From an uncultured virus (IMG/VR IMGVR_UViG_3300013383_000003) (taxonomy: Duplodnaviria; Heunggongvirae; Uroviricota; Caudoviricetes; Crassvirales): DNA of 64,000 bases. Both the position numbers and the translations under genes were made by a program. Location of the stretch: the IMG/VR virus record IMGVR_UViG_3300013383_000003. The stretch is one strand, 5' to 3'. Below the pieces are notes generated by a model. The model was given only the letters and a program-made list of their open reading frames with translations, was not told the DNA's origin and ran no database searches. Position 1 is the stretch's first letter; every line of letters starts with the position of its first letter. Shown in pieces: positions 8,220 to 17,031 of this stretch.

Positions 8220-11200
8220 TGACCTAAAGTTAGGCCCTGGATAAATCGGGTAAAAACGGTGAAAGCCTTTTGGGGTGGTTAATACCGTGCTAATTTAATT
8301 AGTAATATAATTAAACAGTGTAACGCGTAGAGAATGAACCTTTGCTATCAATATATAGAGAAGTGTCTTTATAGTTATTTGTGAAAATAAATTTTAGTAA
8401 AGAATATAATTTCTCCAAGAGTGCCCGACACTTTAATAGAGTGAAAATGTACGCTGAGCTTACACAATAATAAAGTGTAAGAACCAAAGGATAAAAAGCC
8501 TTTGGGTTAACAAAATGCTAACAAAGTTGAATCACTTATCATCAGCTTTTGCTCTTGCACCACAGAAAGCTTCTAACCTTATGGTAGAACTATTGGCATA
8601 TAACAGGGGTAATACTCTTAATACTTATATCAGCAAATTGCCTGTACGCACTTTTCAGGATGATGGTGAGTATTATTGGGATATTATTACTAGTGCTAGA
8701 AAAAATATTCCTTTGGTTGAAGCTAGGGATGAAAATGGTACACAAATTACAGCTGCTTCTACAGGTATGGTAGGTGCTGGTACTGCACCCTTCTATTTGG
8801 TATTTGCAGAGGATTATTTCGCTAAATACTTTGGCGCATTATAATGTAAGTTATAATTGAAAATTGGGCAAAAACGGTGAAAGCTGAAATGCTAATACCG
8901 TGCTAATTTATAATGTAATAATTATAAATAGTGTAGAGAGTAGAGATTGAAACTATGCGAGGGTTTATTTATATTATAAAAAATGATATTAATTCAAAAG
9001 TTTACATAGGACAGACCACAAGAGCTTTAAAAGATAGATGGAAAGAACATTTAAGGACTAAATGCTCCAAGAATGAAAACAGTATGCTTATAAAAAAGGC
9101 TATCCATAAATATGGCTCTTCTCATTTTAGGATAGAGTTATTAGAAGTTTGTAATAAAGCTTCATTAAATGAAAGAGAGATGTATTACATACATCTATAT
9201 AATTCATATCATCAAGGGTATAATAGAACTTTAGGAGGACAATCTGGTTCTAAACCTATAAAACTTAAGAATAAACAAAATGAAATTGTTGAACTATATC
9301 AGTATGGTTTTTCAATTAAGTATTTAGCTCAAGAATATAATGTAGATAAAGCTACTATTAAACATGTGTTATTAATTAATAATGTGACTATTAGAGATAT
9401 TCGTTCTGTAAAATATTCTACAGAGGAGCGACAAGCTATATTAGAAGATACTAAGTTATTACCTAGAAATATAGTTATGAAAAAATGGAATATCTCAGCT
9501 AGTTATCTGTCACAACTTATAAATAACAAGCGTAGAATATAACATCTCCAAGAGTGTCCAACACCCTTGATATAGGGTGAAAATGTACTCCGAACTATAG
9601 AGAATAAAATCTATAGAATTAAAGGATAAAGAGCCTTTAAGTTAACATATGAAAGGAGAGGTAATTTTTGGTAACCTAAATCAAGTATATCCTATTAGAA
9701 TATTGGATGATGCAAGGCTTGAAGGAAGTAATGTGGTTTATCGGGTAGAGCTTATGGGTGGTAACCAAGCTGGTATACCTGTAGATAGACTGCAAGCTGG
9801 TGAAAGATTCTCTGTAGGATTTGCTCCTGTAGAAAGAGAGCTGTCAAGAAAAGTAGGAAGTGTAAGATTTAATACACCAGTATCTATGCGCAATGAATGG
9901 ACTACTATTAGAATACATGCCAAAGTTTCAGGTGCTATGCTTAATAGAAAATTGGCTGTAGGTATTCCTATGAAGGATGAAAATACAGGTAAGACATTTA
10001 TTGCTAATAAGTGGATAAACATAGTGTGTTCACTTGCAGCGTAAGTTGCAAAAAATAAATTCCTCTAATTGCTGGAAACTCCTGTTAGAGTATTTATACT
10101 ACAAGTAAAAACAAAATAGTACATTAAATGTAAGGAATTATGACCAATGTAGAAATTGTAAAAAATATAAAGGGTTTTGAAGGAAGATATACAATATCTA
10201 ATCTAGGTATTGTAAGAAGTTTACTTACTAATAAAGTAATGAAACTTAGCATAACTTCTAAAGGTTATGCTAGAGTAAATCTTCGATATGCACATAGTAG
10301 AAAATTTAAGGCTTTCTTAGTACATAGATTAGTAGCAGGTAATTTTATTCCTAATCCTAATCATTATAAGGAATTAAATCATAAAGACTGTAATAGATTA
10401 AATAATAATGTCTCTAATTTAGAGTGGTGTGATAGAAGCTATAATGTGAAATATTCATATTCAAAAGGCAAAGCTTCAAATAAAGGAGAAAAGAATCCAA
10501 ATGCTAAGCTAAATTCTAAAGATGTTATGATTATAAAAGCTATGCTAAAATCTAGAAAATATAGTCAAACTTATATAGCAAAGCTTTTTAAGGTACATCC
10601 TAATACAATTGGAATGATTAATACCAAAAATACTTGGAGTGATAATTAAATACTAGGGACAATCAGCAGCTAAGACTTATTGTGAAATAAGTAAAGTTCA
10701 ACGACTAGTAAGTCCTCTTAATGAGGCATAAGCCTAAGTAGGCTGAAATGGGGAACCCCTTTTAGGGTGAAGATATAGTCTAATCTTAATGGAAACATTA
10801 AGCTGGAAACAGGATTAATAGTAACGACATTAATTAAATAGTATAGTAATATACAATGGCACTATATGGATTGGGTATTGGAGCAGCAATGGGAAGACTA
10901 CAAGAATCTTGCAATGGCTTGGGGTACTTCAAACCGTAATGCTAATGGCCAATACCTTAACTTTGGTGATTCAGGAGAAGCTATCAGGATGGGTAGTGGT
11001 CTTTTTGAACAAATGGAAGTTGCTGGTACTCAATATTATACAAACTTCTCATTGAAAATGATTGAGAATGCTCTTACAGAACTTGTGGCTAATTCTAACC
11101 TCCCTATGAAGGATAGAGTATTTGTACTTAGAACAGGTCTTAGAGGAGCTACTCAATTTAGTAAAGCAGTGGGTGATACTGTATCAGGGTGGACTCAATT

Positions 11201-12940
11201 TACAGTAAATGCAGATAACTTAGGCATTGTGCAGAAGACAAATAATGTAATACATCCTAATGCTCTTGCAGCAGGTTATCAATTTACTGAATTTAGAGCA
11301 CCTAATGGTATAATCATTAAAGTTGAAGTCGACAATTTTTATGATGACCCTGTAAGCAATAAGATGCAGCATCCTCTCGGAGGTCCTGCAAGTTCATATA
11401 GATATGACATTATGGAGATTGGTACTCCAGACCAGCCTAAATTATATTGGGCCTCATAGAGGTAACTCTATGATAAACTTTGAGCAAAAACGGTGAAATC
11501 TTCCAAGAATATTTGGGATATTAAATACATTAGAGAATGTAGAGAAAAGAAAGGTATGAGAAATAGAGATATTTATTCTTTATATCCTAATGTATCACAT
11601 ACTGCTATAGACCAGGTATTAAACTATAAAAGTTATAGATAACACCGTGCTAACTTAATATTTAACATTATTAAGTAGTGTAGAGAGTAGGACTTGAAAC
11701 TATTAATAGAATATAATAGTCCCACGAGTGTTCAACATCTGTACAATATAGTACAGATGAAAATGTACTCCGAACTATAGTGATGGCAAAACTATAGAGT
11801 ATCAAGATAAAGAGCTTGGTAGATAACATTATTTGAATATAATAAAGTGTGAGATTGAAGGACAACCTGAGTATAGAGGTATTCAAGCTGGTATGAGGAA
11901 TCCTTTTACAGGAGCTATGGAAAATAACTTTATGAGTACTGACGAGGATAAACAATTAATGTCCCTTAGTATAGAAATATACTAAAGCAAACAGGGCAAA
12001 AACGGTAAAAATCTATTTGAAATATTAAGTAATATATTCTATATACATGAGTAGTTTAGATTATAAATATATAAAAGGTTATAATAATAAATATTATATC
12101 ACTAGAGATGGTAAAGTATATATCTCTAATTATAGAAATACAGGTAAGCCTAAAGAAATGAAACCTAGAATAATAGCTGGATATTTAGCTTTAGGATTGG
12201 AAGGAAATACTGTAGAAGGTATTAGGAATCAAAAGATACATAAAATACATAGACTTATAGCAGAAGCTTTTGTTCCAAATCCAGAAAATAAGCCTTGTAT
12301 TAATCATATTAATGGTAATAAATTAGATAATAGAGTTGAAAATTTAGAGTGGGTTACTATAGAAGAAAATACTAGACATGCCTATGCTAATAAACTGGCA
12401 CAATGTTGGTGGACTAAAGAGCTAGGAATTGTATGTATAAACTTAATAGAAAATTACAAATATAACTTTGCAGATGTTGCAAGATTATATAAGCTAAGTT
12501 CTAGACAAAATATCTGTTGGTTTTGGAAAAGTGGTTACAAAACTTTTAATCTAAAACATTCTAACCCTTTTATTCCAAAACATAGTAAAAAGTTACCAAT
12601 ATCAGAGGAATATAAAAAATATATATTAAAGTTACTTGAAGACAATACCGTGCTAAATAATCTTTCTAAAAGAAGATTATCAGTGTAACGAGTAGTAGCT
12701 GAACCCCTTTTAACTAAGGGAATATAATGTTACCACGAGTGTCCTGCACCTTAATTATAAACATAAAAGGTGATAATATACTCTAAACTTATAGGATAAT
12801 AAACTATAAGAGCTACAGATAAAGAGCTGTAGGATAATTACAATTTGAGTGCAACTATTCATAAAATGGCTACATTTGGTGTAGCAGTTCTTGACCCAAC
12901 AAGAACTATGTCCTTTATACCGTCTATATTACAAGGTTAA
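8163..12940 (+). CDS. major capsid protein, spliced: join(8163..8219,8518..8823,9652..10016,10859..11438,11836..11949,12848..12940), 504 aa
   Basis: Exons sum to 1515 nt and give one open frame: MAGKLNKFQ...WQG|LTKLNHL...DYFA|KGEVIF...NKWM|HYMDW...PDQP|NIIKC...TDED|SATIHKM...PSILQG*. Recognisable as a crAss-like MCP. Confidence 0.93.
8220..8517 (+). mobile_element. group I intron 1 (298 nt, no ORF)
   Basis: P1 CAGGGU/GCCCUG, P10 GUUAG/CUAAC, P3 UCGGGUA/UGCCCGA, P4 ACGGU/ACCGU, P7 GCGUA/UACGC; terminal G 8517. Confidence 0.92.
8518..8823 (+). CDS. MCP exon 2
   Basis: LTKLNHL...AEDYFA, 102 codons. Confidence 0.9.
8824..9651 (+). mobile_element. group I intron 2 (828 nt) with GIY-YIG endonuclease
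   Basis: P1 CGCU/GGCG, P10 CUUU/AAAG, P3 UUGGGCA/UGUCCAA, P7 GAGUA/UACUC; terminal G 9651. Confidence 0.92.
8955..9542 (+). CDS. intron-encoded GIY-YIG homing endonuclease
   Basis: GFIYIIKN..NSKVYIGQT, RWKEH, E..YI and GYN motifs; C-terminal HTH repeats. Confidence 0.92.
   Translation: MRGFIYIIKNDINSKVYIGQTTRALKDRWKEHLRTKCSKNENSMLIKKAIHKYGSSHFRIELLEVCNKASLNEREMYYIHLYNSYHQGYNRTLGGQSGSKPIKLKNKQNEIVELYQYGFSIKYLAQEYNVDKATIKHVLLINNVTIRDIRSVKYSTEERQAILEDTKLLPRNIVMKKWNISASYLSQLINNKRRI
9652..10016 (+). CDS. MCP exon 3
   Basis: KGEVIFGN...IANKW plus AT (phase-2 junction). Confidence 0.9.
10017..10858 (+). mobile_element. group I intron 3 (842 nt, different core type) with HNH endonuclease
   Basis: P1 AAGUGGAU/GUUCACUU and P10 AUAGUGU/GCACUAU; core AAUUGCUGGAAA..AAUCAGCAG..GUUCAACGACUA..AAGAUAUAGUCU; terminal G 10858. 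Confidence 0.92.
10140..10649 (+). CDS. intron-encoded NUMOD4-HNH homing endonuclease
   Basis: IKGFEGRYTISNLGIVRS, VHRLVA..FIPNP, NHKDCNRLNN.VSNLEW; C-terminal HTH. Confidence 0.92.
   Translation: MTNVEIVKNIKGFEGRYTISNLGIVRSLLTNKVMKLSITSKGYARVNLRYAHSRKFKAFLVHRLVAGNFIPNPNHYKELNHKDCNRLNNNVSNLEWCDRSYNVKYSYSKGKASNKGEKNPNAKLNSKDVMIIKAMLKSRKYSQTYIAKLFKVHPNTIGMINTKNTWSDN
10859..11438 (+). CDS. MCP exon 4
   Basis: G plus HYMDWVLEQQ...IGTPDQP. Confidence 0.9.
11439..11835 (+). mobile_element. group I intron 4 (397 nt) with decayed endonuclease remnant
   Basis: P1 GCCU/GGGC, P10 UUAUAUU/AAUAUAA, P3 UUGAGCA/UGUUCAA, P7 GAGUA/UACUC; terminal G 11835. Confidence 0.9.
11517..11642 (+). pseudogene. remnant of homing endonuclease C-terminal HTH
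   Basis: DIKYIRECREKKGMRNRDIYSLYPNVSHTAIDQVLNYKSYR*, in the same loop that holds the intact HNH gene in intron 5; no nuclease domain. Confidence 0.6.
11836..11949 (+). CDS. MCP exon 5 (missed by ORF track)
   Basis: NIIKCEIEGQPEYRGIQAGMRNPFTGAMENNFMSTDED. Confidence 0.88.
11950..12847 (+). mobile_element. group I intron 5 (898 nt) with HNH endonuclease
   Basis: P1 GGAU/GUCC, P3 CAGGGCA/UGUCCUG, P4 ACGGU/ACCGU, P7 GAGUA/UACUC; terminal G 12847. Confidence 0.9.
12047..12688 (+). CDS. intron-encoded HNH homing endonuclease
   Basis: IHRLIAEAFVPNPENKPCINHINGNKLDNRVENLEWVT; the C-terminus (EDNTVLN...SV) overlaps the ribozyme core. Confidence 0.92.
   Translation: MSSLDYKYIKGYNNKYYITRDGKVYISNYRNTGKPKEMKPRIIAGYLALGLEGNTVEGIRNQKIHKIHRLIAEAFVPNPENKPCINHINGNKLDNRVENLEWVTIEENTRHAYANKLAQCWWTKELGIVCINLIENYKYNFADVARLYKLSSRQNICWFWKSGYKTFNLKHSNPFIPKHSKKLPISEEYKKYILKLLEDNTVLNNLSKRRLSV
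12848..12940 (+). CDS. MCP exon 6 (missed by ORF track)
   Basis: SATIHKMATFGVAVLDPTRTMSFIPSILQG*. Confidence 0.88.
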   Translation, partial: SATIHKMATFGVAVLDPTRTMSFIPSILQG

Positions 12941-12960
12941 TAGGACTATAAAATATAAGT

Positions 12961-12991
12961 AAAAAGGGGAGGAAGAATCCTCTCCTTTTTT
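12961..12991 (+). terminator. terminator after MCP
   Basis: AAAAAGGGGAGGA-AGAA-TCCTCTCCTTTTTT. Confidence 0.85.
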
Positions 12992-13014
12992 AAATATAAA
13001 AAGATAATATAAAT

Positions 13015-13989
13015 ATGGCAAAGGAAGAGATAGAAGGAGTACTTAATAGTACTGAAAATAGTGAAACAGAAATGCCTAAAACAGGCAAAAGAGGTAGAAA
13101 AGCAACAGTTGAAGAAGAGGAACGCCCTTTAATAAACTGTCTTAGGAATGAAAGAGTAATAGTAAGACATATTAATAAACCTAATAGCAGAATTACTAAT
13201 CCAAAGCATGTGCTATATGGAGGTATGGCAGAAGGTGCAAAGAGGATTTTCTGTGTTCCTATGTTATCTTCAGGAAGATACGTTAATGTGCTTACAGATG
13301 ATGAAAAGAAGTTTCTTGAAAATATAATGGGGCTTGAGCCTAATGCTCTTAGTATCTATAGAAAGGTAGACAACTTCTGGGACGATAGTAATAGTACAGG
13401 TATATCAAAAGTAGTACTCGGTAAACAAGATAATTATCTTGATTTAAGTACCCCAGAAGATTATATCAAATATAAAATATTACTTGCTAATAAAGAGTAT
13501 ATAGCACCTTCCTTAGAGGAGCTTGAAAATATGCATAAAGCTACTTATCAATTTGTTATAATCACAGAAAGTTCTGAGTCTAAGATGGCACAAGATAATA
13601 TGTCTGTTACTATGAAATGTTATACTATGTATGGTAAACTTGAAGATAATATAGGAGCATTAAGACATATTGTAGAAACTCTTACAGGTAATAGATTTTC
13701 ATCTGTTACAAAAAAAGAGTTTCTTCAAACTAAGATTAATGAACTTATTCAAGCTAATCCAAAAACATTCCTCAAAGTAGCAACTGACCCAATGCTTAAT
13801 ACCAAAGTATTGATTAAAAAATGTGTTGAAGCAGGTCTTATAGCACAAAGAGGTAATCAGTACTATATTAGAGAAGGTAATGTGCCTATGTGTGATAATG
13901 GTGACCCTACATTAAATGTAGCTGCACAATGGCTTAATTTACCAAAGAATCAAACAATAAAACTTAGTTTAGAAGCTAAGTTACAATAA
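13015..13989 (+). CDS. conserved crAss-like protein following MCP
   Basis: 324-aa ORF; position in the capsid module. Confidence 0.7.
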   Translation: MAKEEIEGVLNSTENSETEMPKTGKRGRKATVEEEERPLINCLRNERVIVRHINKPNSRITNPKHVLYGGMAEGAKRIFCVPMLSSGRYVNVLTDDEKKFLENIMGLEPNALSIYRKVDNFWDDSNSTGISKVVLGKQDNYLDLSTPEDYIKYKILLANKEYIAPSLEELENMHKATYQFVIITESSESKMAQDNMSVTMKCYTMYGKLEDNIGALRHIVETLTGNRFSSVTKKEFLQTKINELIQANPKTFLKVATDPMLNTKVLIKKCVEAGLIAQRGNQYYIREGNVPMCDNGDPTLNVAAQWLNLPKNQTIKLSLEAKLQ

Positions 13990-14012
13990 TATATTAATTA
14001 CTTAATAAGCCC

Positions 14013-15269
14013 ATGACTAATTTAGAGTTTAGTAATGAATTTGATGTACTATATAATAGTATAACCAGTAACCAAGCTCCTGGGCTTGATGAATATGAAA
14101 AGAGTGTCTTTTTAACTAAGGCACAATCTGAAATACTTAGAGAATATTTCAATCCTAGAATTGATGCTGCTAATGGTGGATTTGATGGTAGTCAAAAAAG
14201 ACAATATGACTTCTCTACTTTAATAAGAACAGCAAATCTTTTTAATGTAAACAGCATTAAAGAAAGAATAACTGATATAGAGAAAATAGACAGAAGAAGT
14301 CTTGTATTTCTTTTTCCTCAAGATTACTTTTTAAGTGTTAATGAGGTAGTATATGATGGTAATAAAGCTTTCTCAGTATTACCAATAAGCTATGATACTT
14401 ATCAAAGACTCATGTTAAAGCCTTATACTATGCCTGTAAAAAAAGGAGTATGGAGATTATTCACTGACAAGAAAAATTGTAACTTTGTGCAGGAATATGT
14501 AGACAATAGTCAGACAGATTATAAGATGCTTACAACATGGGCAGACCAAAAGAGAAACCTTAAAATTAAAATAAGGCATATAGGCAATGTACCAGCTGAA
14601 GAAGTAAAAGAAACATTTACTGTATCAAATAATACTATGTGGTACAAAGATACCTATAAGGGTAACGAAGAAGCTTTTATTAATACTACAAGCAAACTAA
14701 CTGCTAATTGTGAATGGAATGAAGATTTTCTTACTTACAATATATATCTTAATTTTGCAAGTTCACTGGAACTTGATGATGAGGAGGTAATACAGTCTAT
14801 AAGAAATGGTTTTGACCAACTAAAAGCTTATAGAGGAGATGATTGGGAAATTAGAAATGGAGATTTAGAGAAAGCAGCTAAAAGACTCGACAATCTTCAC
14901 CAAGCTGAAGCTCCTAGTAAGTTTGAAAACTTTAGTACTAAAGATACATCTAATCCTGTAGAAGTAATAGGTAAAACCTTTACTACAGAAGTAATACAGC
15001 TGCCTATAGCAGAAGTAATAGGTAGAATAAGTAAAGATGCTTCTTATCAACTTAGGTATGTAAAGAAGCCTACTCCTATTATTCTTACAGACTTTACAGG
15101 AGATGAAGTGTCTATTGAAGGAATGCAAAAAGAAACTCAGTGTGAGCTTCCTACACAGCTACATCAAGAAATCCTTGAAAGGGCTGTAACACTAGCTAAG
15201 ATAGCTTATCAAGCAGGAGCTACTGCTACTATGGCAAGACAAGCTAATAACAATAATCAACAGCAGTAA
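14013..15269 (+). CDS. tail ring/adaptor protein with large internal insertion
   Basis: Paralog of the next gene (FSNEFDVL, LDEYEKSV.LT.AQ, KP.PIIL, LH..ILERAV); synteny with crAss ring proteins. Confidence 0.7.
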   Translation: MTNLEFSNEFDVLYNSITSNQAPGLDEYEKSVFLTKAQSEILREYFNPRIDAANGGFDGSQKRQYDFSTLIRTANLFNVNSIKERITDIEKIDRRSLVFLFPQDYFLSVNEVVYDGNKAFSVLPISYDTYQRLMLKPYTMPVKKGVWRLFTDKKNCNFVQEYVDNSQTDYKMLTTWADQKRNLKIKIRHIGNVPAEEVKETFTVSNNTMWYKDTYKGNEEAFINTTSKLTANCEWNEDFLTYNIYLNFASSLELDDEEVIQSIRNGFDQLKAYRGDDWEIRNGDLEKAAKRLDNLHQAEAPSKFENFSTKDTSNPVEVIGKTFTTEVIQLPIAEVIGRISKDASYQLRYVKKPTPIILTDFTGDEVSIEGMQKETQCELPTQLHQEILERAVTLAKIAYQAGATATMARQANNNNQQQ

Positions 15270-15271
15270 TT

Positions 15272-15973
15272 ATGACTATAGAGGAGTTTAGCAATGAGTT
15301 TGATGTTCTGCTTAATAGCTATATAGTAAATCTTCCTTTAGGAACTGATAAAACTATTAGAGAACTAGATGAATATGAAAAATCTGTACTACTTACAGCA
15401 GCCCAAGAAGCTGTAGTTAATGACCTTTATAATGGCAGACTTACAGGAGAAGGATTTGAAAGTACTGAAGAACAAAGAAGGTATCTTGAAAATCTTATAA
15501 AAACTGTAGAACCTGAAGTAGTAGATACTGAATTGCCACATATCTCAGAATACTCAGTGTTTTATAAAACTCCTGAGGATTTATGGTATATTACTTATGA
15601 AGTTGCTACATTAAAGGATGAAAATATTAATTGTGGTGTAGATATAGCTGTAGAAGTAGTTCCTGTAAAACAGGATGAATATCATAAAATAAAAAATAAT
15701 CCTTTTAGGGGAGCTTCTGATAAAAGAGTATTGAGAGTAGATACAGGAAGCTCTATATTAGAGATTGTCTCCAAGTATAAAATAATAAGGTACTTTATAA
15801 AGTACATTAGTAAACCTAAACCAATAATTCTTGTAGATATAACCAATGATGGTTTGTCTATAAATAATGAAACTAAACCAATGACATGTATGCTGAATAC
15901 AGCATTACATAGATTAATCCTTGAGAGGGCTGTTTCCATTGCTATTAAGAGGCTTCCTCAAGGTAATGTTTAA
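15272..15973 (+). CDS. tail ring/adaptor protein
   Basis: Paralog of the preceding gene; synteny. Confidence 0.7.
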   Translation: MTIEEFSNEFDVLLNSYIVNLPLGTDKTIRELDEYEKSVLLTAAQEAVVNDLYNGRLTGEGFESTEEQRRYLENLIKTVEPEVVDTELPHISEYSVFYKTPEDLWYITYEVATLKDENINCGVDIAVEVVPVKQDEYHKIKNNPFRGASDKRVLRVDTGSSILEIVSKYKIIRYFIKYISKPKPIILVDITNDGLSINNETKPMTCMLNTALHRLILERAVSIAIKRLPQGNV

Positions 15974-15991
15974 CTTAAATCAAAATAAACA

Positions 15992-16972
15992 ATGGCATTT
16001 TTTTCTGTAAATCAGAACAGGCAATTTTATGTTGCCACTAAGTTAGCAACTGCTACACCTGCTACAAAAGGTGAAATTAAATTAGGTAATGATGCTGACA
16101 AATCTCACATGTACTTTCAATACATGGGAGTAGATGGTCTTGAAAGAACAGACCTTATTGATGTAAATAAAGTAATGTATGCTAAGTTTACTAAGGCTGC
16201 TGACATGGCTAAGAAACTTAAGACAGCTACTGTTACTTTGAAAGGTGATATTAATGGGGGTGCTCCTATTTCTGGTCAAGATTATATATTGAATATTAAT
16301 ATTCAAGGTTATGTGGGTAAATCTGATGCTAATCAGCTTACTAAGTTTGGTGCAGTACATGCATTCAAGAGTACTGATGCTTCAACTTTCTACAAAGAGA
16401 TGGCTATATCTCTTGCTAATAACTTTAGTAGAGAAATAGTACCTTTGTTTAAATTCTATATTAAGACTGCTAAATCTCAAGTAGAAGTTAAAGCAGGAAC
16501 TAAAGTAGAAGCTCTTACTGATGCTGCTACAGGGCTTATTATAGAAGAGGCTGTGCAACCTTGGAAACTTGGTTCTGCTGCCTTTACTGGGGTATTGTTT
16601 GATGTATATCCTACTACTGTACAGTATGAAGGTGATGAAGTACAGTGGGGTGAGGTAGTAAAGGGAGAATCTGCTACTACTATAGGTAATGGTAAAAAAA
16701 TTGCAGAACTTGAATACTTCTGTATGGGTGAACGAGGAGACCAATATAGAGGTGTTGAAGGTCCTAAATATGCTATCCCTGTAGAATATAGTGTTGACCC
16801 ATCTAAGACCTATAATCTGTTGGACATACATTATTACTTCTTAGGTTCTGGCATTGATGCTGTAAAGTCTGAGAAAGACCTTACAATAGCTTTTGAATCT
16901 TCTGTAGATGTAGCCACTTTGGTTACAGCATTGGGAGACCTGGGTATTACTGTAACAGACCCTAACACTTAA
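15992..16972 (+). CDS. auxiliary capsid (decoration) protein
   Basis: A/T/K-rich 326-aa protein with an LEYFCMGERGD.YRG motif, followed by its own terminator; synteny. Confidence 0.6.
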   Translation: MAFFSVNQNRQFYVATKLATATPATKGEIKLGNDADKSHMYFQYMGVDGLERTDLIDVNKVMYAKFTKAADMAKKLKTATVTLKGDINGGAPISGQDYILNINIQGYVGKSDANQLTKFGAVHAFKSTDASTFYKEMAISLANNFSREIVPLFKFYIKTAKSQVEVKAGTKVEALTDAATGLIIEEAVQPWKLGSAAFTGVLFDVYPTTVQYEGDEVQWGEVVKGESATTIGNGKKIAELEYFCMGERGDQYRGVEGPKYAIPVEYSVDPSKTYNLLDIHYYFLGSGIDAVKSEKDLTIAFESSVDVATLVTALGDLGITVTDPNT

Positions 16973-16991
16973 TAATAAAATATAATAATAT

Positions 16992-17022
16992 AAGGGAAGG
17001 GTAATACCTTCCCTTTATTTTT
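16992..17022 (+). terminator. rho-independent terminator
   Basis: AAGGGAAGG-GTAATA-CCTTCCCTT plus T-rich tail. Confidence 0.8.
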
Positions 17023-17031
17023 CTATACACT

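Noticed and set aside
8515..10044. Track starts at 8515 and 9649 and tails such as KYFGAL and INIVCSLAA
   Set aside because: The ATGs are the last intron bases and the tails are read-through into introns.
8163..12940. Capsid fragments as pseudogene, frameshifts or stop-codon read-through
   Set aside because: The gaps have full group I cores with exact splice signals, and the exons join in frame.
14470..15000. Intein in the ring protein or in the giant proteins
   Set aside because: No C-terminal HN-(C/S/T) junction or LAGLIDADG blocks were seen.
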